From the IMG/VR virus record IMGVR_UViG_3300025769_000092: a stretch of 64,000 nucleotides of DNA. One strand, given 5' to 3'. Of this stretch, positions 40,105-49,670 are shown one piece after another. Origin of the DNA: an uncultured virus (IMG/VR IMGVR_UViG_3300025769_000092). Its lineage: Duplodnaviria > Heunggongvirae > Uroviricota > Caudoviricetes. The notes beneath the pieces are model-generated. The model ran no database searches. It was not told the origin of the DNA and saw only the letters and a program-made list of their open reading frames with translations. The first letter of the stretch is position 1, and the number at the start of each line of letters is the position of its first letter. Made by a program: the position numbers and the translations under genes.

Positions 40105-40195
40105 TTTGGTAGTCTCACTTTTTATTCCGATATTTGTATTGTTGATGAGGTAATCGAAACGGGCTGAGCAAATCAGAAGAGTAGACTCCAACACG
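40105..40195 (+). ncRNA. small structured RNA repeat copy 6 (with promoter)
   Basis: ACGGG-CTGA/TCAG hairpin-AAGAGTAGACTCC, opposite orientation to copies 1-5. Confidence 0.65.
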
Positions 40196-40469
40196 CACAT
40201 ACCCCAATAAAAAAAATCTGCAAAGGTACAAATAAAAATCCATATATACAAATAAAAATTAATAAAGTTATTAACAAAAAAAATGTTAATAAATAATACC
40301 AGGATTATTAGGTTTTTACAATTCCTAATTTTTAAGCAATTATTTTTCTTATTTAGACTTATTCTAAATTAAACTTTTTTTGAAAATAATTTATAAAATG
40401 TTTGGAATTTCAATTCTTTATAGCTACATTTGTATTGTTGTTAATTACTAATCATTAAAAAAACTTATT

Positions 40470-41027
40470 ATGACAAATTTAAAAGGACAAATCGAAGTAA
40501 CTGCAAACGAATTAGAAACTATCTTATTAGCTATGCCTAAAGGTAGCACATTTGCTAAGGTATTACAATACACTACACCTAAGACCACTAAAAAGGATAG
40601 AGATACCAAAGAAGCCTTTACAAGCAAAATCCAAAAGCTAACAGCACTTACGGTATTATTGAATAGCAAGTACGCTAACGGAGTTAAAAACCAATTAGAT
40701 AGAGAAAATAAAGAGCATAGCGAGTATAAGCAAGGTGCTAACACTATGGAAATTGATTTTACTGAAAGTGAAAATAATTTTTGTGGACACTTTAGAGGTA
40801 ACGCAGTTATCCAATATAGACCTTTCGATAACTCTTATCCTACTACTAAATTCATTATGGATAACAAGCTAACCGACAAAGATAAATTGCCTAACGTATT
40901 GCCTACTAAAAGCAAGGCAACAAATCAAGGTACGGAAAAGGAAATCTTTTGGAGAAAATTATATGTTAAGAATATCCGTAAAATTAAGATAGACGGAATT
41001 ATCTATAAAAATATTGAGTGCAAATAA
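40470..41027 (+). CDS. hypothetical phage protein
   Basis: ORF with own promoter; terminator at ~41054-41086. Confidence 0.75.
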   Translation: MTNLKGQIEVTANELETILLAMPKGSTFAKVLQYTTPKTTKKDRDTKEAFTSKIQKLTALTVLLNSKYANGVKNQLDRENKEHSEYKQGANTMEIDFTESENNFCGHFRGNAVIQYRPFDNSYPTTKFIMDNKLTDKDKLPNVLPTKSKATNQGTEKEIFWRKLYVKNIRKIKIDGIIYKNIECK

Positions 41028-41159
41028 GCACTTGGTATTTTACTAACAAAATTAAAAGGGGATTGTTAATAACTTTCCCCTTTTTTATTTGTATATATAA
41101 TTTATTTTACTTGTATGCAAATAAGACGTTTTAAGCGACTTTAGGGTTATACGGTATAT

Positions 41160-41460
41160 AGATACCACCTAGTAGGAGATGGGGGGAGGAGGGGTCTGTA
41201 TACCCCCCATAGACCCCCCTATGTAACCCCTCCCGTTATAGCCATATAGACCCCCCGTAAACAGGGGTTTATGTTGCAGACAAAAATTTTTTGGTAATTT
41301 TTTTGATTAATTTTTTAGGGTACCCCTTTTTAAAAAAAATTTTTTGGGAAATTTTTCACTATACTTTTTAGGGTCTAGGGTAAAAACCTTTTAGATATAT
41401 TTAATAGGCCTTTTTAAAAAAAATTTTTTGGGAAATTTTTGAGTATATTTTTTAGGGGTT
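41160..41460. repeat. G/C-tract region with inverted repeat and ~30-bp direct repeat
   Basis: ggggtct...agacccc stem, poly-C tracts, two copies of cctttttaaaaaaaattttttgggaaattttt (~41325, ~41409). Confidence 0.7.
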
Positions 41461-41512
41461 GTATAAGACATAAAAAAAAGGACCTCTTATTTGAGGTCCC
41501 TTTATTATTGGA

Positions 41513-42973
41513 TTATAGTTTAAGTTTTTTCTTAACTCTTTCTTTTAGGTCTTGTTTGGCTTCCAGTTCATCGAACTCTTTTCCAAAACCTGTAAGGTCA
41601 GCAATCTTTTCTGGACTAAGATGAGTACCATGAGAATGGCTACCTTCATTAAGTGATTTAATTTGTTTATTGACTTCATCAACCAGGTGATTAACTACTT
41701 TAGATACTGTATTAAATACTTGTACCATGTTATCCTTATTACCTCCCCACATAACAGTATAGTTAAGTGAAGTAGTCTTTACATCAAAACCAAAAGCATA
41801 CATAAACATCCATGCTGAAAGTTCAGCTTGTTGTTCAATTGTTTCAGTACTTAGTTCAAGCTTACCACCGATATGGTATTTACCAGCTGAACCACCCTTT
41901 TGTTTTAAATAAGACTGGTGAAGTAATTCGTGAGTAATTTCATGGGCAAGTGTTTTAGTAAGACCTACATCATTACCTTCACTTTTTAGTATTTGAATTT
42001 TACCAGACATACTAACACCTCTGGCACCACCTAGGTCATCAACTAGTTCAATATTTAAGTCATTAGCTTCAGCGTAATTAATAAGTCCAGTATATACAGG
42101 TCTTACTTCATCAGAAATCATTTCTTCTTCAAACCACTTAACACTCTTTTTAGCATCAGCTGCTTTTTTAACATAGTCTTCAGTACCCTCAATTTGTTTT
42201 GTGTCAGCAACAGAATAAACTGGCACTAATTTAAATCTAGATGCGTAAACGGTATCTCTTGTTAGTTCTTTAAGTTTAATACCTTCAGCTGGTGTTAATT
42301 TATCTCCAGGCTTTTTACCTATTTGTTTATAGAACTTTGCTTTAAGTTCTTCTTTCTTTTTATCTGATTGTTTAAACTTAGAACCAGATGGTGCGTAAAC
42401 CATTAGAGGTCTTGCGTTTGGCTTCACTGTTCTATTATAGAACTTGAACCAGTTAGTTTTAGAGTTAACCATACCAGCGTTTCTATTTTGGAGAAAGATT
42501 AGTATTGCGTTACCGAAAGAGAATCTTTGTCCTTGAGCTGCTTTAATATCTATAACTTTTTTCATTATATCTTTAAACTCTTCATCTTCTCCTATATTAA
42601 GAAGCATTTCTTTAAAGTCTTGTAATTTTTTCTTTACATCATTTTCTTCTTCTTTGGTGATTCCCACTTCTTCTTGTGAAGATGGCGATTCTTCTGAGAT
42701 GGCAGCAATGATTTCATCTATTTCTTGAATAAAGTCGTCATGTTTTTTTCTTATTTCAGCGATTGCTGGTTTTATCTTAGTATCTATGATAGTTTGTTCT
42801 GGTTCTCTATTTGCCCACCAGTACCAGTACTTTCCGAATTTATTCCAGAATGCACCATGTTTTTTGAATATTTCTTTATATGTGAATGAGTCACCGTCTA
42901 TTCTAATAGCTTTGGTATTATTTTTACCTATTGTTGTTCTTTTAAGTTGTATATTACCTTCGAATAAATTCAT
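41513..42973 (-). CDS. ArdC-like ssDNA-binding / zincin metallopeptidase protein
   Basis: FSFGNAILIFLQ, VYSVADT, LAHEITHELLH...EQQAELSA. Confidence 0.7.
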   Translation of the reverse strand: MNLFEGNIQLKRTTIGKNNTKAIRIDGDSFTYKEIFKKHGAFWNKFGKYWYWWANREPEQTIIDTKIKPAIAEIRKKHDDFIQEIDEIIAAISEESPSSQEEVGITKEEENDVKKKLQDFKEMLLNIGEDEEFKDIMKKVIDIKAAQGQRFSFGNAILIFLQNRNAGMVNSKTNWFKFYNRTVKPNARPLMVYAPSGSKFKQSDKKKEELKAKFYKQIGKKPGDKLTPAEGIKLKELTRDTVYASRFKLVPVYSVADTKQIEGTEDYVKKAADAKKSVKWFEEEMISDEVRPVYTGLINYAEANDLNIELVDDLGGARGVSMSGKIQILKSEGNDVGLTKTLAHEITHELLHQSYLKQKGGSAGKYHIGGKLELSTETIEQQAELSAWMFMYAFGFDVKTTSLNYTVMWGGNKDNMVQVFNTVSKVVNHLVDEVNKQIKSLNEGSHSHGTHLSPEKIADLTGFGKEFDELEAKQDLKERVKKKLKL

Positions 42974-43257
42974 AACGTTAAATGTTTTTAATAATAAATA
43001 TTATTAATGTAAGATAAGTGATTAAAAACCGTTAAAAAAAATCGCTTTGGCGGCCTTCGGCCTTTTCCTAACACCCCCAGCCCCCTCTGAGGTTTTTAAT
43101 TTTCTAATGAATTTTTGGTGGTCCAATATCTATAACCCAATAAGGCTTTCTGCCAAGTTTTTAGTTTATATATATTAACCCTTCTCTTGGATAGACTAGG
43201 TAATACTAATTTATTTATTTTTGCTAAGATTTTAAAAAAGGTTATCTTAATCATAAT

Positions 43258-43695
43258 TTATTTAAGTTTTATTAATTTTATACCACAATCATTATATGAT
43301 TTTTCTGGTGACTTAAACTCACCATCTTTTTGGTGTTTCCTTAAGTTAGTATTTTCAGTTTTAGTAACCCAGTTCCATACACCGTATGTGTTATAGTATA
43401 ATTCTTTTAATTCTTCAACACTTTTTGGTGGGTTAATAAACAGTTCTTTGGAAGATATTTTTCTAGGGTACTGATGTTCTTTAACCCTTAGTTCTTTATC
43501 AACCTTACTAGCGTTCTCAGATATCATTCCAGAAAAACTATTCTTATTTGTTGGTAGGTAGAATATGGTGGCACCCAATACTGTTTCAATGAATGCCTTA
43601 TCATAGTCATTTGATTCCAACCAAGTTGGTCTTAGGTTTTTTATTAACTCAAATGTTACTTTAAACTTAGATTCTATTTTATCCCTCCTAGTCAT
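43258..43695 (-). CDS. hypothetical protein (possible HNH-like fold)
   Basis: EHQYPRK...VTKTEN. Confidence 0.6.
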   Translation of the reverse strand: MTRRDKIESKFKVTFELIKNLRPTWLESNDYDKAFIETVLGATIFYLPTNKNSFSGMISENASKVDKELRVKEHQYPRKISSKELFINPPKSVEELKELYYNTYGVWNWVTKTENTNLRKHQKDGEFKSPEKSYNDCGIKLIKLK

Positions 43696-43696
43696 A

Positions 43697-45400
43697 CTAT
43701 ATGATAAAGCTATATAGGTGGTATGGATTAATTTGTTTATGGTTTGTAAATTTATTAACCATTTTTTTAAGGACTAGTCTTTTAAGTCCTCTGGAAGATG
43801 CGTCAATAATTTCATTAGCCTTTTCTTTAATTTTTTGATTAGATTCATAGATGTATAGTTCAGTCATATACTTATGAGTTAAGTCTTTAGTTTTAGTAGC
43901 TCTAAGTAATGCGCTTTCACTAGCATATATTTCAATAATAATATCGGACATTGATAATAGTATTTCTTGTTCTTTAGCCAATTCTTTTCCGAATCTCTTA
44001 TATAGAGTAAAGATTAAAAGACTAGAAATCATCTTATGATTATTAATTAATTTGATTCCATTGTATGAGCATTTGAAGAAATCGGTAATTAATTTAAGGA
44101 ATGATTTTTTAACCATAGCATCAATAGATATATCTTTATTTTTAATCTTCTTTAATACTTGGCCAACCAATAGCATTCTGTTAATCTCATTTGTACCTTC
44201 ATAAATTCTACTAATTCTAGCATCTCTATATGCTCTTTCGATTGGGTATTCTGCTGAGTACCCCATACCACCATGACATTGTATAGCTTCATCAGCTACA
44301 TAGTCTAATACTTCAGAACCATGTACTTTAGCGATAGCACACTCAATAGCGTATTCACTAGTTGCTTTTACGATACCTAATTTTTTATTTTTTAAGGATT
44401 CGACACATAGTTGAGTTTCTTTACTTCTATTTTCAATATCTTGACCAGCTCTATACATAAGACTTTCGGAAGCGAATGTTTTAGTTTTCATTCTAGCAAT
44501 CTTTTGCTGTATTGCACCGAATCTAGAGATAGATTTACCGAATTGTTTTCTTTCGTTAGTATATTGTTCAGTTTGTTCAATTAATTTTTTAGCACCACCT
44601 ATAGCTGAAGAGCATAGTTTAATTCTACCAATATTTAGTATGTTGAGTGCGATTTCAAAACCTTGTTGTCTTTTGCCCAATAGGTTTTCTCTAGGTACTT
44701 CAACATTTTCGTAATATATTTGTCTTGTTGAAGAACCTTTAATCCCTAGCTTAACTTCTTCTGGTCCCATTGTGATTCCAGGTGTTTTAGATTCTACAAT
44801 AAACGCTGAATGATTTTTATCGTTACCTATTTTTGCGAAGACAATCATAATATCAGCAAAGCCACCATTACTAATCCATATCTTTTGTCCGTTTAATATG
44901 TAATTGATTTTATCCTTAGATAATTTAGCTTTTGTTTTACCAGCATTAGCATCACTACCAGCTCCAGGTTCAGTTAAGCAGTAGCAACCTATTAGTTCAC
45001 CACTTGCTAAACCTGGAATATATTTTTCTTTTTGTTTTTTATTACCGTAATATAGGATTGGTAGTGTTCCAATTCCTGTATGCGCACCAAATGTAGTTCC
45101 AAATGAACCAGCGACACCAATGATATCTGCAATAAGCATTGAGGTATTAAATGTCATACCTAGCCCATACAAATCTTCTGGGATACTAACACCTAAAAGA
45201 CCTAGTTCACCAGCTTTTTTAAGTGTATCTTGTACTATTGTACCCTCTTGTTTTTCTATTTTATCTATATTAGCTAAAACTTCACGTTCAACAAATTCTT
45301 TTGTTGCATTGTACATCATTTTTTGTTCTTCGTTGAAGTCTTCAAAGGTGAAGATATCATTGTGTTTTGTTTTTTTAGTTAAAAACTGTGCGCCTTTCAT
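43697..45400 (-). CDS. acyl-CoA dehydrogenase
   Basis: YCLTEPGAGSDA, LNGQKIWISNG, KLGIKGSST, QCHGGMGY, IYEGTNEINR. Confidence 0.95.
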   Translation of the reverse strand: MKGAQFLTKKTKHNDIFTFEDFNEEQKMMYNATKEFVEREVLANIDKIEKQEGTIVQDTLKKAGELGLLGVSIPEDLYGLGMTFNTSMLIADIIGVAGSFGTTFGAHTGIGTLPILYYGNKKQKEKYIPGLASGELIGCYCLTEPGAGSDANAGKTKAKLSKDKINYILNGQKIWISNGGFADIMIVFAKIGNDKNHSAFIVESKTPGITMGPEEVKLGIKGSSTRQIYYENVEVPRENLLGKRQQGFEIALNILNIGRIKLCSSAIGGAKKLIEQTEQYTNERKQFGKSISRFGAIQQKIARMKTKTFASESLMYRAGQDIENRSKETQLCVESLKNKKLGIVKATSEYAIECAIAKVHGSEVLDYVADEAIQCHGGMGYSAEYPIERAYRDARISRIYEGTNEINRMLLVGQVLKKIKNKDISIDAMVKKSFLKLITDFFKCSYNGIKLINNHKMISSLLIFTLYKRFGKELAKEQEILLSMSDIIIEIYASESALLRATKTKDLTHKYMTELYIYESNQKIKEKANEIIDASSRGLKRLVLKKMVNKFTNHKQINPYHLYSFII

Positions 45401-45413
45401 TTGTTTATTTTTT

Positions 45414-46439
45414 TTAGTTAGCTATTACTAGTTGTTCTACATCATATAAAACATTCGTTAATAATCTTGTTATTTTGTATGGGTCAGCATTAGATGCTGG
45501 TCTTCTATCTTCAAGGTAACCTTTCCAATCGTTAGTAACTAAACCAACTGGTATTCTAATTGACGCACCTCTATCGCTTTCACCCACACTAAATTTACTA
45601 ATGTGTTGTGTTTCATGGTCACCAGTTAATCTTTCTTCATTGGAAGAACCGTAGTCTGAAATAAAACTATCATGTCTTTCACTGAGTAGTTCACAAATCT
45701 CCATAATATATTCTTTACCACCTTCAGTTCTCATTCTTTCATTTGAGAAGTTAGTATGTAATCCACTACCATTCCAATCACCTTTTACTGGTTTTGGGTG
45801 ATATTCTACATGAACATTATGTTCTTCACATATTCTATTGAGAATATATCTACTTAACCATAAATCATCTGAAGCTGTTTTTGCTCCCTTACCTAGTAAT
45901 TGATATTCCCATTGTCCTATCATGACCTCAGCATTAATACCAGTTAGGTCTAATCCAGCTTCAATACACAAGTCTAGATGTTCTTCAGCGATTTCTCTAC
46001 CAACAACATTTCTATTACCTACACCACAATAGTATTTACCTTGTGGGTCTGGGTTACCATTTGATGGAAATCCTAGTGGTTTTCCATTTTCACCTACTAG
46101 TGTATATTCTTGTTCAAACCCAAACCAGTTTTCATTATCATCTGATTTAATTTTGTGTCTAGAGTTAGTTTCATGTGGTGTATTATCTGGATTTAACACT
46201 TCACACATTACTAGATACGCATTAACTCTTTGTGGGTCTTCAATAACTCTAACTGGCTTTAATAGACAATCTGATTTACTACCTTCGGCTTGTTTAGTTG
46301 AAGAACCATCATAACTCCAAGTTGGCAAATCCGTTAATGTAGATTCTATATTATTTGATTCAATTATTTTTGTTTTACTTCTAAGATTTGGTTCTGGAGT
46401 ATATCCATCTAACCAAATGTATTCAAATTTATATTTCAT
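45414..46439 (-). CDS. glnII: glutamine synthetase type II
   Basis: EYIWLDG, LRSKT, WSYDGSST, GFEQEY, NAEVMIGQWEYQ, WNGSGLHTNFS, YLEDRRPASNADPY. Confidence 0.92.
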   Translation of the reverse strand: MKYKFEYIWLDGYTPEPNLRSKTKIIESNNIESTLTDLPTWSYDGSSTKQAEGSKSDCLLKPVRVIEDPQRVNAYLVMCEVLNPDNTPHETNSRHKIKSDDNENWFGFEQEYTLVGENGKPLGFPSNGNPDPQGKYYCGVGNRNVVGREIAEEHLDLCIEAGLDLTGINAEVMIGQWEYQLLGKGAKTASDDLWLSRYILNRICEEHNVHVEYHPKPVKGDWNGSGLHTNFSNERMRTEGGKEYIMEICELLSERHDSFISDYGSSNEERLTGDHETQHISKFSVGESDRGASIRIPVGLVTNDWKGYLEDRRPASNADPYKITRLLTNVLYDVEQLVIAN

Positions 46440-46569
46440 ATTTACTTATTTATTCATGGTGATTATTTTGACCACACTTTCATTATTTTTATGGGTTTTA
46501 AAACCCTTCTATAAAACCTTTTTCTACGCATTCTAAAATACCTTTTAATTATATCGTCTATGTTATCAA

Positions 46570-46941
46570 TCAATTTGATATGTTTTTAAAGAATTTTATT
46601 AAAGCCAATGTGGTAAATATAGAGAATACACCAATTACAGCCCATGATGCATATCTATAATTATCACTTATCGCTGATATCATTATACATGTTACCCATG
46701 CGATTATAATTACAATCATTGTTATTGGTTCGATTCTTTCCACATACACTTTAGTTAGTTTATCGGCTCTTTCATGTTTAACCAATCGTTTAATAGCGTC
46801 ACCCATGTTTTCACCATATGCTGGTACACCTGTTTTAATTGTACCATCTTCTTGTTGTATATCTAATATATACTTGTGATAACCTGTGTTATTATTTTCT
46901 TCAACTAATAAACAACTAACTGCTTTTCTTTTCTTACCCAT
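46570..46941 (-). CDS. membrane protein
   Basis: two C-terminal hydrophobic helices. Confidence 0.7.
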   Translation of the reverse strand: MGKKRKAVSCLLVEENNNTGYHKYILDIQQEDGTIKTGVPAYGENMGDAIKRLVKHERADKLTKVYVERIEPITMIVIIIAWVTCIMISAISDNYRYASWAVIGVFSIFTTLALIKFFKNISN

Positions 46942-46968
46942 AATTTATTAATATTTTATAAATTACAT

Positions 46969-47553
46969 TTATTCTGTTATAATGTCCACTATAAAATCTT
47001 TGGTGTCAGTTGAATTTATATCCGTATCTAATTCTTCACCATCATAATATAATTTATTAACTATTTCATAGTAATGAATATCACCAACAAAAACCTCTAA
47101 GACTCTATAAGTTAATTTAGATTCATCAAATGGTTCATCTAATTCTAGTGTGACTTCCATAGGAACCCCCTTTTCTACTGTTGCAGCATGGAATATTGGT
47201 TCATCTTTATAATCATTAACAACTTCTTTCCAGTACTCTATATCGTCATCTTCTGGTAATTCTAATTCAGAGAATTCTTTTTTAATAATAGTTTCATCTG
47301 AATTTAAATCTTTAACGATTATTAAAGAACTATCAAATGAAGAACCATATATATGCTCTTTGCTATCGTTTTCGAACCATTCTGTTAACTCATTTTCTTC
47401 TAGGATATCCCAATCATTATATAGTTCTGGCATTTCCATATCATTTTCATCAGCAATAGTTTTGATTTTTTCAGCATCTTCTTTGGATACATTTCCTACT
47501 ACTATTTCATTAGCATAGCCAGTAGTGTAAATTTCATACTTGTGTTTTCCCAT
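46969..47553 (-). CDS. hypothetical acidic protein
   Basis: ORF track. Confidence 0.75.
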   Translation of the reverse strand: MGKHKYEIYTTGYANEIVVGNVSKEDAEKIKTIADENDMEMPELYNDWDILEENELTEWFENDSKEHIYGSSFDSSLIIVKDLNSDETIIKKEFSELELPEDDDIEYWKEVVNDYKDEPIFHAATVEKGVPMEVTLELDEPFDESKLTYRVLEVFVGDIHYYEIVNKLYYDGEELDTDINSTDTKDFIVDIITE

Positions 47554-47608
47554 AATTTTTAATTTTATTTAGCAAATATAAATTATAATTAACTAATAAG
47601 CAAGTACT

Positions 47609-47923
47609 TTATGAAAAAAATTTTAAATGAGCTCTCATAACACCAATTATATCTGAATATACTAACCACATTTCTTTTTTAAAGAACGTATTGGTGATGT
47701 CTATAGTTTCATTGTCGGAAAGTCCATACATAAATGATATTTCTTTAATTGTTTTACTTAATACTTTGTATTCTTCTGTGGATATTGATGTACCATAGGT
47801 AATGTTAGTACTAATTGTTTTACATAGGTTACCAACTGTAGAGAAATTGGTGTTTTTTACCTCATTAAATATGGTATCACATATTGTATAATATATAAGA
47901 TGTTCATATTCTTCTTTTTTCAT
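47609..47923 (-). CDS. hypothetical protein
   Basis: ORF track. Confidence 0.6.
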   Translation of the reverse strand: MKKEEYEHLIYYTICDTIFNEVKNTNFSTVGNLCKTISTNITYGTSISTEEYKVLSKTIKEISFMYGLSDNETIDITNTFFKKEMWLVYSDIIGVMRAHLKFFS

Positions 47924-47999
47924 AGTACCTACTAAAATTTATTCAAAAATACTTATTTTTTACGAAAAAACCAACTATTTATAATAAAAGATTGTTATC

Positions 48000-48173
48000 A
48001 TGTCCAGAATTGAAGATGTAATGTTTGTTGCCTATGATTTAGGTATCGAAAATAAAGTTTTTAACTTAGTTAAGAAATTAAGAGATTCCGATGATAATAA
48101 ATACACTTCAAGAGCTGATTTATATGAGGAAGCTTTTAAAAAAGTAATAAATGAAGAAAAATCTGAAAATTAA
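48000..48173 (+). CDS. small hypothetical protein
   Basis: manually read MSRIEDVMFVAYDLG...; TATTTATA motif upstream. Confidence 0.55.
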   Translation: MSRIEDVMFVAYDLGIENKVFNLVKKLRDSDDNKYTSRADLYEEAFKKVINEEKSEN

Positions 48174-48182
48174 TGGAAGAAG

Positions 48183-48461
48183 ATGAATGGGATGATTTCG
48201 GGGACCACTCAATCACACAGTTTTGATGATAAAATATGTAAATTAATGATAGAATTGTTAGATTCTACGTATCCAGTTACAAAAATTAAAAAAAATAAGC
48301 GATTTAGACGAGGTGTTTCGGTAAATGGGCGAAATTGCATGCTCCCAAATGATAGTTTAGTTCTTTTTGGTGAGATTTACAGTTCTTTAAAGTTATTTTA
48401 TGATGCAAGTGACAAAGATATAACACATGTCATAAAAAAATACTATAATTTAAGTGTTTGA
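48183..48461 (+). CDS. hypothetical protein
   Basis: ORF track. Confidence 0.6.
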   Translation: MNGMISGTTQSHSFDDKICKLMIELLDSTYPVTKIKKNKRFRRGVSVNGRNCMLPNDSLVLFGEIYSSLKLFYDASDKDITHVIKKYYNLSV

Positions 48462-48493
48462 CCCATTTATACTCATCTTGGCCCAGTTCTTGG

Positions 48494-49072
48494 TTACCAC
48501 CCTTCTATCTTTTGCATTCTCATTTCAGTAAAATACGTACAATTCCAGCCATCTATATTTTCATAAGCATTTTGTACATAAAAATTAACAATTGAGTCGT
48601 TATAATCATACATATATGCTTCAATTGGTCTAGCTGAACCACCCAATAACATATCATTAGTGTTATTTGTTAGTGGATGTTCTACAATAGTCCATTCTGA
48701 CCTAGTAACATAGAACCCATATGGTTGTATTGTATCACTATTAAATATAAATTCACCATAACCTGGAACATAACTTGGTGGATAGAACTCCCAGGTCGTT
48801 TCATATTGTTCAATATCTTCGAAATCATACATTGAACCAGAATATCTTAAACTTGACTTAGACTTGTTGGCATCGAAGTGCGCAAATGAAGTTTTTTCAT
48901 GTGTTTCTAGGTTCTCAACATACATTGTAGCATCTAATAACAACCATTTACCGTAAATTCTAACCTCTTCGGTTGATTCTTCAACCTCCTGTATTGGTTG
49001 TAACGGTTCTTCTTTTTTACATGAAGTTAATACTATAAATGATAGTAATAATATGTGGAATAAATTTTTCAT
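48494..49072 (-). CDS. lipoprotein (lipocalin-like start IYGKW)
   Basis: lipobox LTSC-KKEE. Confidence 0.75.
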   Translation of the reverse strand: MKNLFHILLLSFIVLTSCKKEEPLQPIQEVEESTEEVRIYGKWLLLDATMYVENLETHEKTSFAHFDANKSKSSLRYSGSMYDFEDIEQYETTWEFYPPSYVPGYGEFIFNSDTIQPYGFYVTRSEWTIVEHPLTNNTNDMLLGGSARPIEAYMYDYNDSIVNFYVQNAYENIDGWNCTYFTEMRMQKIEGW

Positions 49073-49154
49073 AATTGTATTTTTTAACTTTTAACAATAC
49101 AAACATAAGAAAAATTATTCATTTTACCAAATTATATTAATATAATTTTACTTT

Positions 49155-49670
49155 TTAACTTAATAATCTCTTTTTTTCAGCTTCAGTTATCAATTTTTTT
49201 GGTATATCAAACTTTTCGTTTAGTATTCCCAAATCAAGCTTCCATTTATACTTAGACCTATCCACCCACTCAAGCATTGAATCACCAGCATGTTTAGCGC
49301 ACTGTTTGTGGTTCCAATTATTCACTTTTTCTAAGTGTTCAAAAGCTTCAGCTTGTTTTCCAATAGCAGATGTTCTACCAAAGTGCTTAACTTGGTGACA
49401 TTTAGGGCATAAAGATATTAGACCCAGTAACTTCTGTACTCTAGTCTTATCATTATAGTCCCATATCTCATGACATTCTACATCATGTCTATATCCTTGG
49501 TTCTTACCAGTATCACCACATATTTCACATCTATGACCAGCTTTCTCGTATGATTCTTTCCTTAATATATCCCAATACTTGTTTGGTAGTAGGGTTCTAA
49601 CATTTGAATAAAAACACGTTTTAGGTATTAGTTCAATATGTAATTGACTTTTTTTATTTTTCCCACTCAT
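49155..49670 (-). CDS. HNH endonuclease
   Basis: RCEICG...ECHEIW...LCPKCHQVKH. Confidence 0.8.
   Translation of the reverse strand: MSGKNKKSQLHIELIPKTCFYSNVRTLLPNKYWDILRKESYEKAGHRCEICGDTGKNQGYRHDVECHEIWDYNDKTRVQKLLGLISLCPKCHQVKHFGRTSAIGKQAEAFEHLEKVNNWNHKQCAKHAGDSMLEWVDRSKYKWKLDLGILNEKFDIPKKLITEAEKKRLLS

Larger units (their letters stand above)
3076..40435 (+). promoter_or_regulatory. dispersed array of roughly 60 Bacteroidota sigma-A-type promoters (TTTGG-N~18-TAnnTTTG/TAnnTTTA/TAATATTG)
   Basis: recurrent motif, e.g. tttggataattaaaatacttttcgtacatttaca at 5573 and 13139; tttggtatattgaaataaagtttgtatattt at 24544 and 30606; matches the known -33 TTTG / -7 TAnnTTTG consensus; count by eye. Confidence 0.85.

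Noticed and set aside
40141..40170. Hammerhead ribozyme or C/D box (TGATGA...GAAAC...CTGA)
   Set aside because: Core starts UUGAUGA rather than CUGAUGA, stem II cannot form, and the other five copies lack it
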